A stretch of 64,000 bases of DNA from a bacterium (GTDB lineage Bacteria > Zhuqueibacterota > Zhuqueibacteria > Residuimicrobiales > Krinioviventaceae), in assembly GCA_963693055.1 (NCBI GenBank), contig OY843751.1:1504001-1568000 (forward strand), in the 5' to 3' direction. The translations under genes and the position numbers were made by a program. The notes beneath the pieces were generated by a model. The model made no database searches and was not told the origin of the DNA. It was given only the letters and a program-made list of their open reading frames with translations. Below, piece after piece: positions 36,888 through 46,338 of this stretch (its first letter is position 1; every line of letters starts with the position of its first letter).

Positions 36888-37910
36888 ATGAATATCTATA
36901 AACAAATAAGAAATGAAACACAAGGTAAAATAATGATAAAACAAACTATAATTGAACACTCTAATAAGATAAAAGTATTAGCAGAGCAAAGAAAAATTGG
37001 TATGTTAGATTTTCCGTTTACGATGAATATGAACATCGGTTGCTTTTACGCATGCAATTATTGCTATTTACAAAGGAAAAATTTTTCACGTAACACCAAA
37101 TTTGGAGAAGAAGTAAAAGTCAAATTATGGCTTCCGGATAAACTTGATAAAGTACTTACCAGGTTAAAAGATCTACCAACGCACTTCAAAAGAGTACAAA
37201 TAAATAATTCTACAGAGGGGTTCCATCCCAAAGTAATCAAATACCTACGTGACAATCACAACCGTGATATATTTGAGGAGATCATCAACGTTTTTCGGAA
37301 GCATTGGGACGCTGGAAATCGTTGGATGTTACACCTTGTAACAAAGTCGAATTATATCACTAACTATGTTGATTTTTTAAGCGATGTGCGAGACATGCTT
37401 CAGGTCGAGCTCACAATAATTTCTGCTGACCAGGAGCTATGTCGACAACTTGAAGATTACGCTCCATCGGTAAATGCCAGATTGAAAGTTGTTAAAAAGT
37501 TATCTGATAATGATATTTTTGTACGAATAATGGCATCGCCATTTATGTCTACTTCATCAGACAAGGATCAAATTCACAATGAATTAAAGGCTCTTAAAGA
37601 TCTCACGTTTGACCACGGGGCAAAAGCTTTCAAAAATAAAGGCCTTAATTACTTTAACAGCGATGATGTGAGGTCAGGAAATGCTCGGCATGTTAAGCGA
37701 CAAACCAATGTATATTACGATGATTTAATTATTCAAAGTGGTGAAGACATGACTGAAGCTGAAACGATGAATTTATTAATGCCTCGTGATGAATATAAAA
37801 AGAATTGGGCCAGAAAAGATTATCTTAATCGGTTGGAGATGAAAGAAGTTGATGTTGTAAATTGGGGTTACAGTGGGATGAATAATTATGATTGGGGTAA
37901 TAATCGATGA
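36888..37910 (+). CDS. radical SAM protein (SplB / DNA-repair photolyase-like)
   Basis: GCFYACNYCY; VTKS; LE..APS..ARL. Confidence 0.8.
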   Translation: MNIYKQIRNETQGKIMIKQTIIEHSNKIKVLAEQRKIGMLDFPFTMNMNIGCFYACNYCYLQRKNFSRNTKFGEEVKVKLWLPDKLDKVLTRLKDLPTHFKRVQINNSTEGFHPKVIKYLRDNHNRDIFEEIINVFRKHWDAGNRWMLHLVTKSNYITNYVDFLSDVRDMLQVELTIISADQELCRQLEDYAPSVNARLKVVKKLSDNDIFVRIMASPFMSTSSDKDQIHNELKALKDLTFDHGAKAFKNKGLNYFNSDDVRSGNARHVKRQTNVYYDDLIIQSGEDMTEAETMNLLMPRDEYKKNWARKDYLNRLEMKEVDVVNWGYSGMNNYDWGNNR

Positions 37911-38072
37911 CAATTAATCAACAAGAATACGAAAATGATTGTATTATACAGTAAAATGAAAACTAAAAGATATAAGGAGATTTGACATCCTTAAATTTAA
38001 GATTACCCAAATAATCTATGAGCTGAAAAGATATAAAATAATCGTTAAGATAATAAACAAAGGATAATTGTA

Positions 38073-39011
38073 ATGGAAGCACTGGTAGTAAAACCACGAA
38101 AAATTCTGGATGTAAAATATCCGTCTCATAAAGATATTCAATATGTATACGGAATTGGTTGTGATGGATCTCTTCTATTGTTGAGACCTGATCAGAATGG
38201 AAGAAAGATTTTGCTTTCTTCTGGCAAAGAGAACAATGACTACAAAACGGTAAAGATAACCTACGAATTGCAAATAATAAAAAATAAAGATAAAAACACT
38301 GTGACAATTCAAGCTAGTGAAAAATTATTTCATAAGGTATTTTTAACGCCTGATAATAATATTTTACTTATTCACTATGATATATCTTCCGGGAGTATGG
38401 TCACTAGTAAAACATATTTTTATTATTATGATATGAACGGGAATTTTTTGAGAGAATATGTTTGTGATAAATTCCTGGATGAAATTTATGTGGATAGCAA
38501 TTGTAATATTTGGTCTACTTTCATAGTATGGGAAGAAGATGGGTGGAATAATCATCATTTTGTACTGCAAAAAATAAATGTAAAATCGGGTAGAGTAGAA
38601 CTTGAAAAACATTTGCACGACGGAAAGAATTATAGTGTATTACGTGCACTAAATATAAATAAAAATGATGAACCTTCTCTTTTTTATATCAATAAACAAG
38701 ATTATGAATTTATTGAATTTTCCGGAAACAAATTTAATAATGTGGAATTTGATGAACATTGGTGTGATCAATGTCGTGGTTTGTTATTAGGGGAAAATAT
38801 AAGAGCTTGTATCCTTTCTGATAAGGAAAGAATGGGTGAGATTTTTGTTCTTATAAATCCAGAAAAGTGTTATGATCGCATGAAGTTTTGTTATATTTAT
38901 AATAGAAAGAATAACCCCTTGTTGTTGTTTAAATTTTTATGCTATGGTGATATCTTGATAATGGTAACAGATAAAGCGATATATGAATTTAAACTTGGAG
39001 TCGACCAATAA
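38073..39011 (+). CDS. hypothetical protein (beta-propeller-like)
   Basis: 312 aa AT-rich ORF; YDMNGNF and VDSNCNIW blade-like motifs. Confidence 0.6.
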   Translation: MEALVVKPRKILDVKYPSHKDIQYVYGIGCDGSLLLLRPDQNGRKILLSSGKENNDYKTVKITYELQIIKNKDKNTVTIQASEKLFHKVFLTPDNNILLIHYDISSGSMVTSKTYFYYYDMNGNFLREYVCDKFLDEIYVDSNCNIWSTFIVWEEDGWNNHHFVLQKINVKSGRVELEKHLHDGKNYSVLRALNINKNDEPSLFYINKQDYEFIEFSGNKFNNVEFDEHWCDQCRGLLLGENIRACILSDKERMGEIFVLINPEKCYDRMKFCYIYNRKNNPLLLFKFLCYGDILIMVTDKAIYEFKLGVDQ

Positions 39012-39018
39012 TTAATAA

Positions 39019-39048
39019 AGGGTGCATCTGTTAAAAGGTGCACCCCTA
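39019..39048 (+). terminator. hairpin after the last island gene
   Basis: GGGTGCATCT-GTTAAA-AGGTGCACCC. Confidence 0.45.
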
Positions 39049-39204
39049 TAAACTGCATCACTTATTGCATTACCTAATTGTGTTAAAACGCATGAAATCG
39101 AGTGAGAAATATACTTAATATTTGCTAATTTAACGTATTAGTTTTAAAAGACTTGTGTTGTAAATGCTTGTTTTTATTGAGTAGTAAAAATTAAGGGAGT
39201 GAGA

Positions 39205-39244
<40 letters not shown>

Positions 39245-39441
39245 ATGTAATAGCACTTATTATACATAATTTTTATTTTTATTTCAACTGTTTTTTTATG
39301 TAGAATGAAATTTCTTGGGAATTATTTATCATTATACAATATTTTGTGTAAATAGTTTTAGGCTCTATGAAAAAGAAATATATTGAAAAACTGATATTTA
39401 TTCTTTATATATTTATAAACACTTAAAGATGGAGAGTTTAA

Positions 39442-40332
39442 ATGAAAAATCTAATGGTTTTGATGAATTTGTTATTAATTGTATTGTTTTCTGTATCTGC
39501 TTTTAGCGCCGAACCTGTAACTATGCCCTTGTATAAAGACGGAATTCAAGACAATCCGTTTAAACCTGCAAATAAAGAAAGAACAGTAAACCGAGAGGCT
39601 GATCAGAATGAAAAAGGATTAAACCGGGCTATTTATAATGTTACAGAACCCGTATTGGATATATATCTGGCCCCGGATACGGGAGCGAAAAATCCTGCGG
39701 TTGTTGTTTTCCCCGGTGGTGGTTTTACTCATGTAACTATTGATAAAGAGGGATATGATGTAGCCGAGTGGTTGAATAGTATGGGTGTATCTGCAATTGT
39801 TGTTACCTATCGCACAATTCCTGAAGAATTAGAACGTGGTTCAGCGCTTTCAAACAAGCTTCGTGAATATATCTTACAGGATGCAGTACAAGCTGTATGT
39901 TTAACACATGAAAAATCTAAAGAGTGGAATCTTGATACCGAAAAGATTGGTGTAATGGGATTCTCGGCAGGTGGAAATTTGTGTGGTTCTATTATTACAC
40001 AAATGTATGTGCCGAATGGCATGGATTATGAAACCGAGATTCGTCCGGATTTTGCATGCCTGGTTTATCCTGGTATTGGTGAGGCCCACAACGCCAAAGT
40101 AGATTCTTCATTGCCGCCGGTATTTATTACTGTAGCTATGGATGATCATACCACACCGGCCCCCAGAGCTATTTCATTTTTTGAAAAATTGTTAGAGAAT
40201 TCAGTTCCCACCGAGTTGCATATTTTTCAATGTGGATCGCATGGATTTGGTTTAGCTAAAAATAAGAGCGTTGCTAAAAGCTGGCCTTTTTTATTTGAGA
40301 ATTGGTTAAAGGAAAACGGTATAATAAAGTAA
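39442..40332 (+). CDS. secreted alpha/beta hydrolase (carbohydrate esterase-like)
   Basis: Signal peptide; PGGGF, GFSAGG nucleophile elbow, HGFG. Confidence 0.88.
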   Translation: MKNLMVLMNLLLIVLFSVSAFSAEPVTMPLYKDGIQDNPFKPANKERTVNREADQNEKGLNRAIYNVTEPVLDIYLAPDTGAKNPAVVVFPGGGFTHVTIDKEGYDVAEWLNSMGVSAIVVTYRTIPEELERGSALSNKLREYILQDAVQAVCLTHEKSKEWNLDTEKIGVMGFSAGGNLCGSIITQMYVPNGMDYETEIRPDFACLVYPGIGEAHNAKVDSSLPPVFITVAMDDHTTPAPRAISFFEKLLENSVPTELHIFQCGSHGFGLAKNKSVAKSWPFLFENWLKENGIIK

Positions 40333-40339
40333 ATAGAAA

Positions 40340-41368
40340 ATGACTGAATTGATCAAAGATGTAAATGAACTGGAAAAGATTTTATCAATGCCTTCGGATG
40401 GCCTGATTGAATATATGTCAGGTTTAGAGGGGGATATTGTAATCCTTGGTGCTGCCGGCAAGATGGGACCATCGCTGGCAAAGCTGGCAAAAAACGCATT
40501 AAAAGAATGCGGTAAATCGAATCGGGTAATTGCGGTATCCCGCTTTTCATCCGAACATGTGTTGAAGGATCTGGATAATGCGGGTATTGAGACTATTCGT
40601 GGTGACTTGCTGGATAAAGATTTTCTTGCAGGTCTGCCTAAAGCACAAAATGTTATTTATATGGCGGGACTAAAATTCGGCTCTACCGGAAATCCGGGTT
40701 TGACCTGGGCTATGAACACACATTTGCCTTCATTGGTGAGTGAAAAATTTAGTGATTCTCGAATTGTTGCCTTGTCTACCGGTAATGTGTATGCGTTTAG
40801 TACTGTGAGTAATGGGGGAAGCACGGAAAATGATCTTACCGATCCGGTGGGTGAATATGCCCAATCGTGTCTTGGCAGAGAACGAATGTTTGAGTATTTT
40901 AGTGAACTCAATTCTACATCTGTTTGTTTGATACGGTTAAATTATGCCGTTGAAACACGTTATGGTGTTTTGGTAGATGTTGCAACCCAAGTTTTTAACA
41001 ATGAACCGGTTGATGTTACCATGGGGTATGCGAATGTTATTTGGCAGGGCGATGCTAATACTATGATTTTAAGAGCATTGGATCAATGCCAATCTCCTGC
41101 TACTGTGTTAAATATTACCGGTCCGGAGATTTTATCAATTCGATGGCTGGCTGAACAATTTGCGGATTTAATGAACAAAGATGTTGAAATTGTTGGCAAA
41201 GAAGCTGATACCGCATTGTTAAATGACGCTTCAAAAGCTTTTTCTTTATTTGGCTCTCCACAAGTGGAGTTGAATACGATAATAGAGTGGACGGCAGATT
41301 GGATTATGAATAGTAAACCGTTGTTAAATAAACCTACACATTTTGAAACAAGATCTGGAAAATTTTAA
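40340..41368 (+). CDS. NAD-dependent epimerase/dehydratase
   Basis: GAAGKMG Rossmann motif; STGNVY; GEYAQSC. Confidence 0.85.
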   Translation: MTELIKDVNELEKILSMPSDGLIEYMSGLEGDIVILGAAGKMGPSLAKLAKNALKECGKSNRVIAVSRFSSEHVLKDLDNAGIETIRGDLLDKDFLAGLPKAQNVIYMAGLKFGSTGNPGLTWAMNTHLPSLVSEKFSDSRIVALSTGNVYAFSTVSNGGSTENDLTDPVGEYAQSCLGRERMFEYFSELNSTSVCLIRLNYAVETRYGVLVDVATQVFNNEPVDVTMGYANVIWQGDANTMILRALDQCQSPATVLNITGPEILSIRWLAEQFADLMNKDVEIVGKEADTALLNDASKAFSLFGSPQVELNTIIEWTADWIMNSKPLLNKPTHFETRSGKF

Positions 41369-41378
41369 GGGATTTAGA

Positions 41379-42452
41379 ATGAGTTTACCTTTACCACACC
41401 AGGATATTTTGTCATTAATCAATAAAGGTGTTGTTATTCCTGCCCATCCGCTTGCGTTGGATAAACATCGTAAAATGAATGAAAGACGTCAGCGAGCGTT
41501 GACACGATATTATCTGGATTCGGGAGCGAGAGGAATGGCGGTAGGGGTTCATACGACTCAATTCGAAATCCGGGATTCTGAAATTGGTTTATACAAGCCC
41601 GTGTTAGAACTGGCAAGTGAAGAGATTGATGGATTTTGTAAAATGCAAAATCAGCTTGTAGTTAAAATAGCCGGGTTAACCGGTAAAACTGAGCAGGCTG
41701 TTGCTGAGGCCCAAATAGCTATTGAATGCGGATATCATACCGGACTTTTAAGTTTGGCCGCTTTTAAAAATGTAAACAATGACGCATTGATTGAGCATTG
41801 TAAAGCGGTTGCTGAGATTATCCCGTTAACAGGATTCTATTTACAGCCGGCGGTTGGTGGCAGGATTCTGGACTGTGATTTCTGGCGCGCGTTTGCACAA
41901 ATAGAAAATGTAATAGCTATTAAAATCGCTCCCTTTAACCGATATCAAACTCTGGATGTTTTACGAGGCATTGCGGAATCCGGAAGAGCTAAAGAGATTG
42001 CAGTATATACGGGGAATGATGATAATATTGTATCGGATTTGTTAACGACTTTTGAATTCCCGGTGGAAAATGGGAAAATTAAAATTGATATTGTTGGAGG
42101 ATTGTTGGGGCATTGGGCCGTATGGACAAAGCGTGTTGTTGAAATTTTTAATGATATTCAAACAGTCAAAGCATTAGGAAAGGGGATTCCTGCTTCATTG
42201 CTAACGCTTGGTGCTGAAATAACAGATTGTAATTCTGCTTTTTTCGATGTGAAAAATAGTTTTACCGGTGTTATTTCCGGTATACACGAGGTTCTGAGAA
42301 GACAAGGATTGCTGGAGGGGATTTGGACTTTGAATCCTCATGAAGAATTATCTCCGGGACAATTGGAAGAAATTGATCGGGTTTACAAAATGTATCCTCA
42401 TTTGAATGATGATGATTTTGTGAAAGAAAATTTAGATAGGTGGTTATTGTAG
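41379..42452 (+). CDS. dihydrodipicolinate synthase-like aldolase/dehydratase
   Basis: IPAHPLAL, VGVHTTQF, FYLQ, AIKIAPF (Schiff-base Lys), YTGNDD. Confidence 0.82.
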   Translation: MSLPLPHQDILSLINKGVVIPAHPLALDKHRKMNERRQRALTRYYLDSGARGMAVGVHTTQFEIRDSEIGLYKPVLELASEEIDGFCKMQNQLVVKIAGLTGKTEQAVAEAQIAIECGYHTGLLSLAAFKNVNNDALIEHCKAVAEIIPLTGFYLQPAVGGRILDCDFWRAFAQIENVIAIKIAPFNRYQTLDVLRGIAESGRAKEIAVYTGNDDNIVSDLLTTFEFPVENGKIKIDIVGGLLGHWAVWTKRVVEIFNDIQTVKALGKGIPASLLTLGAEITDCNSAFFDVKNSFTGVISGIHEVLRRQGLLEGIWTLNPHEELSPGQLEEIDRVYKMYPHLNDDDFVKENLDRWLL

Positions 42453-42466
42453 GTTCCTTCCGTATT

Positions 42467-42500
42467 AAAGCCCTTGCGATATAAAATTGTGAGGGCTTTA
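42467..42500 (+). terminator. intrinsic terminator
   Basis: AAAGCCCTTGCGAT...ATTGTGAGGGCTTT. Confidence 0.55.
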
Positions 42501-42615
42501 TTTCAAGATTTATAAATTTATCGTTGAATTGATCCGTCAGAATTTTCTTGTTTTGATCTAAACTGAAAAATTGTATATTTGTATATCTGTTGATTTTATG
42601 AATGCGGAGATTTTA

Positions 42616-43968
42616 ATGGGATATACAAGATTGTTCTTTATAATATTAATTTTATCCTCTTCATTGCTTGCTCAACAATTGGCTTTTCCCACTGCTGAAG
42701 GATACGGTCGTTTTGCAAAGGGCGGACGTGGTGGAGATGTATACCATGTTACCAATATAAAAGATTCCGGTAGCGGTTCACTAAGATATGGGATTGAATC
42801 TGCAAATGGTCCCAGAACGATGGTTTTTGATGTCTCCGGTACCATCGAGTTGAAATCTAATCTTTTAATTGATAAACCTTTTATTACTATTGCCGGCCAG
42901 ACTGCACCAGGCGAGGGAATTACTCTAAAAGACAGAACGCTTGCCATTGAAAATACACACGATATTATTGTGCGTTTTATTCGGGTTCGATTTGGAGACA
43001 AGAACAAGGCGTACGATGATTTGAATGATCCCGATGCGGTCAGAACCAAAAATATAAACAATGTGATTCTTGACCATCTATCTGTTACCTGGGGAATAGA
43101 TGGAGCCCAGGATCTTGCTGGAGGTAATTTTACACTGCAATGGTCAATGTATGGTGAAAGTTTGAATAAAAGTCTGCATCACGATGATCATCCTCATGCG
43201 ATGCTGGCTTCGTTCCGGCATTTGAATGGCAATATTACCATTCATCACAATTTATTCTTTAGCAGTAGAGACCGACACCCAACCCTGGGCGGAGGGGTAC
43301 GTACTCAGCCCGAGTGTATTGTGGATTTTCGTAACAATGTGGTATTTAATCGTAGGGGGCCTACAAATTTTGGCAATTGTAATGTGAATGTCATTAACAA
43401 TTATTACAGACCCGGTAAAAGTTTTACAAAAGAATTTGACCAGCCTTTTCAGGTTAAAGCCGAATATGGCAAAACACATGCTCATGGTTATTTGGATGGT
43501 AATTTAATCGAGAATAACAAAGTTTATACTCGAGACAATTTTGCCGCTGTAAATTATGAAAATACTGTTTCTCAATATCAAAGCACTGACAGGGAATCGT
43601 TTCAGCTTGATGCTGAATTGGTAGTTGGTTCTGACAAGCCGGAAACGCAATCGGCTATTCAGGCTTATGATCTTTTATTAATGTATGCCGGTGCATCAAA
43701 ATCCAGAGATGCTGTTGATAAACGTATTGTGGAAGGAATTAAAGACCGTTCGAACCAGTTAATTGATTCTCAGGACCAAGTGGGCGGGTGGCCTGAGCTG
43801 AAGACAGCTATTCCCCCAAAAGATACAGACCAGGATGGGATGCCGGATGAATGGGAACTGGTAAATGGACTGGATATTTATGATGCTGCTGATCGAAATG
43901 GTGAATTGAATAATGATGGTTTTACCAATCTTGAAACCTATTTGAATTCTTTAGTTCTTCTAAAATAA
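42616..43968 (+). CDS. secreted pectate lyase (PL1-like)
   Basis: AFPTAEGYG..A.GGRGG, GSLR, TIAGQTAPG, DH.S.TWG.D, TIHHNL, R.P, DTDQDGMPDEWE. Confidence 0.88.
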   Translation: MGYTRLFFIILILSSSLLAQQLAFPTAEGYGRFAKGGRGGDVYHVTNIKDSGSGSLRYGIESANGPRTMVFDVSGTIELKSNLLIDKPFITIAGQTAPGEGITLKDRTLAIENTHDIIVRFIRVRFGDKNKAYDDLNDPDAVRTKNINNVILDHLSVTWGIDGAQDLAGGNFTLQWSMYGESLNKSLHHDDHPHAMLASFRHLNGNITIHHNLFFSSRDRHPTLGGGVRTQPECIVDFRNNVVFNRRGPTNFGNCNVNVINNYYRPGKSFTKEFDQPFQVKAEYGKTHAHGYLDGNLIENNKVYTRDNFAAVNYENTVSQYQSTDRESFQLDAELVVGSDKPETQSAIQAYDLLLMYAGASKSRDAVDKRIVEGIKDRSNQLIDSQDQVGGWPELKTAIPPKDTDQDGMPDEWELVNGLDIYDAADRNGELNNDGFTNLETYLNSLVLLK

Positions 43969-44022
43969 TAATGAATATAAAAATAAATTACATAACATTT
44001 AAAAAAAAGAAAGGGAATCGGA

Positions 44023-45033
44023 ATGAAATTTTCCTCCATGCTGGTAAGTGCAGTAATTTGTGTGACCATGATATCCAATGCTTTTGCAAAGGATATTCAA
44101 TTGAAATTTAATGATAATGGCAAGTTTAAAATTGCCCAGTTTACGGATACTCATGTACATTTTGATAAAAATGATTCTAAACATGTATTCGAATTGATGA
44201 GAACGGTCATTGATGCAGAAAAACCGGATTTGATAGTTTTTTCCGGTGATGTTGTATTGCAACATGATCAAAAACAAGCTTATGATATATTTGAACAAAT
44301 CTGTAAAGAAAAAGATGTGTTATGGGCTGTTGTTCTGGGGAATCATGATGAAGAACATAATGTTTCCAGAAAAGATATTGGTTTGTTGTTAAGCGAATAT
44401 CCGCATTGTATTACCAATGTGTCTTATGGGATTAAAGGTGCAACCAATTTTGTTTACCCGGTGTATGGTAAAAATGATGCTACTGAAGCGGTGTTGTATT
44501 TTCTGGATTCCAATTCCTACAGTGCCATAAAAGACAGGGTAGATGGTTATGGATGGTTTGGAATTTCACAGATCCAATGGTACAAGGAAAAAAGTGCAGA
44601 ATTTACTAAAGCAAATGATGGAAAACCTGTACCGGCATTGGCTTTTTTCCATATTCCATTACCAGAGTACAATATTGTGTGGGATGATCCCGACATTAAA
44701 ACCATTGGTGTTAAAAATGAATCGGTTTGCTGTCCTAAAATCAATTCCGGGATGTTTGCAGCCATGGTAGAGTGTGGAGACGTAATGGGTACATTTGTTG
44801 GGCATGATCATGTGAATGATTATATTGGCGGCTTGTATGGTATTGCACTCGCTTATGGTCGCGCGTCCGGTGGAAAAAATACCTATGGAAATTTAAAATC
44901 CGGCTCTCGTATTATTGAACTCACCGCCGGAAAAAGAGAGTTTGATACCTGGATACGTGAACTGGATGGAAATGTGGAAATGAAATGTAATTTCCCAAAA
45001 GATTTTCCGGTGAAAAAGAAGAAAAAAAAGTAA
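44023..45033 (+). CDS. secreted metallophosphoesterase (calcineurin-like, Dcr2-type)
   Basis: FTDTH, SGD, GNHD, FFHIP, GHDH. Confidence 0.9.
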   Translation: MKFSSMLVSAVICVTMISNAFAKDIQLKFNDNGKFKIAQFTDTHVHFDKNDSKHVFELMRTVIDAEKPDLIVFSGDVVLQHDQKQAYDIFEQICKEKDVLWAVVLGNHDEEHNVSRKDIGLLLSEYPHCITNVSYGIKGATNFVYPVYGKNDATEAVLYFLDSNSYSAIKDRVDGYGWFGISQIQWYKEKSAEFTKANDGKPVPALAFFHIPLPEYNIVWDDPDIKTIGVKNESVCCPKINSGMFAAMVECGDVMGTFVGHDHVNDYIGGLYGIALAYGRASGGKNTYGNLKSGSRIIELTAGKREFDTWIRELDGNVEMKCNFPKDFPVKKKKKK

Positions 45034-45054
45034 GGTCCTAATTTGAAAGGTCCC

Positions 45055-46254
45055 ATGATGAAAAGAATCAAGCTTTTACTGGTTTTACTTGCCGCGTTAT
45101 TGTTATTTATCGGTTGTTCTCAACAAAAAGAATCCACACAATGGTATCGGGGGAATCTGCATACCCATTCATACTGGAGTGATGGAGATACCTATCCGGA
45201 AATGGTTATGGATTGGTACAAGTCTCACGGATACGAGTTTGTTGCACTTTCTGATCATAATATTCTGGCTGAAGGTGAGAAATGGAAAACGATAAAAGAT
45301 GAAGAAATTTACCAACAGGCTTTTAAAAATTATTTGCAGAAATATGGAAAAGACTGGGTTGTTTACAAAAATGAGGATGACAAGATTTCTGTCAAGTTGA
45401 AAACACTTGCAGAATATGCTCCTTTATTTGAAGAACCCGGTAAATTTCTCATTGTTAAATCCGAGGAAATTACAGATAAAGTAGGGAAAAAGGACGTTCA
45501 TTTGAACGCGCATAATCTGCAGACCTTGATCGAACCACAGGGCGGTGAAACCATTGTAGAAGCGTTGCAGCGAAATATAGATGCAGTGATTCAACAGCGT
45601 AAAGAAACCGGAATACCCATGCTCGTTCATATAAATCATCCCAATTTTAGGTATTCAGTTACTGCGGATGATATGATCCAATTACATGGTGAGCGATTTT
45701 TTGAAGTATTTAACGGACACCCTTGGGTAAGAAATGCAGGTGATTCTTTACACATGAGTACAGAAGAAATGTGGGACCTTGTAAATATTGCCTATGCAAA
45801 TAGAAACCAGCCATTAATGTTTGGTGTAGCTACAGATGATGCGCATGAATACCACGAGTTTGGTAAAATGATGAGCAATGCCGGACGTGGATGGGTACAG
45901 GTTCGTGCATCATCGCTTGATGCGGAATCATTAATTGCTGCTATGGAAAAGGGTGATTTTTATGCATCGACCGGTGTGGCTTTGAATGATGTCTCTTTTG
46001 AAAATAACACCATCACCATTGATGTGCAAACTGAGCCGGATGTGAATTATAATATTGCATTTATCGGCTGTAAGGTGGGAGACGATGCTACTCAAGTACT
46101 TGAAACCATCAAAGGGAGCCATGCCGAGTTTCTGGTAACTGAGGATTTGCAATTTGTGAGAGCAAAAGTGATTTCTGATAAACTGCATGATAATCCACCA
46201 CCGGGCCCCGATTATCAAGTCGCATGGACTCAGCCGGTAGTATATCAAAAATAG
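45055..46254 (+). CDS. PHP-domain metallohydrolase lipoprotein
   Basis: Lipobox FIGC; GNLHTHSYWSDG, SDHN, NHP, TDDAH. Confidence 0.85.
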   Translation: MMKRIKLLLVLLAALLLFIGCSQQKESTQWYRGNLHTHSYWSDGDTYPEMVMDWYKSHGYEFVALSDHNILAEGEKWKTIKDEEIYQQAFKNYLQKYGKDWVVYKNEDDKISVKLKTLAEYAPLFEEPGKFLIVKSEEITDKVGKKDVHLNAHNLQTLIEPQGGETIVEALQRNIDAVIQQRKETGIPMLVHINHPNFRYSVTADDMIQLHGERFFEVFNGHPWVRNAGDSLHMSTEEMWDLVNIAYANRNQPLMFGVATDDAHEYHEFGKMMSNAGRGWVQVRASSLDAESLIAAMEKGDFYASTGVALNDVSFENNTITIDVQTEPDVNYNIAFIGCKVGDDATQVLETIKGSHAEFLVTEDLQFVRAKVISDKLHDNPPPGPDYQVAWTQPVVYQK

Positions 46255-46276
46255 CTGATTGTTGATTTTATAAAAC

Positions 46277-46319
46277 AAAAAAACTCGTTACCCAATAATT
46301 CAGGATAACGAGTTTTTTT
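46277..46319. terminator. bidirectional terminator between convergent genes
   Basis: AAAAAAACTCGTTA...TAACGAGTTTTTT. Confidence 0.65.
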
Positions 46320-46338
46320 ATGTTCAAACTAGTAGCGT

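Larger units (their letters stand above)
1..39204. mobile_element. tRNA-Arg-associated genomic island (left end outside window or not visible)
   Basis: tRNA fragment at the right edge, resolvase, IS cluster, clamp/MTase operon and toxin locus; metabolic genes begin right after the tRNA fragment; no integrase seen in window. Confidence 0.6.

Noticed and set aside
39100-39204. Intron-containing intact tRNA-Arg
   Set aside because: No 3' exon or intron-like structure found; the sequence after the anticodon loop is AT-rich and leads into island genes.
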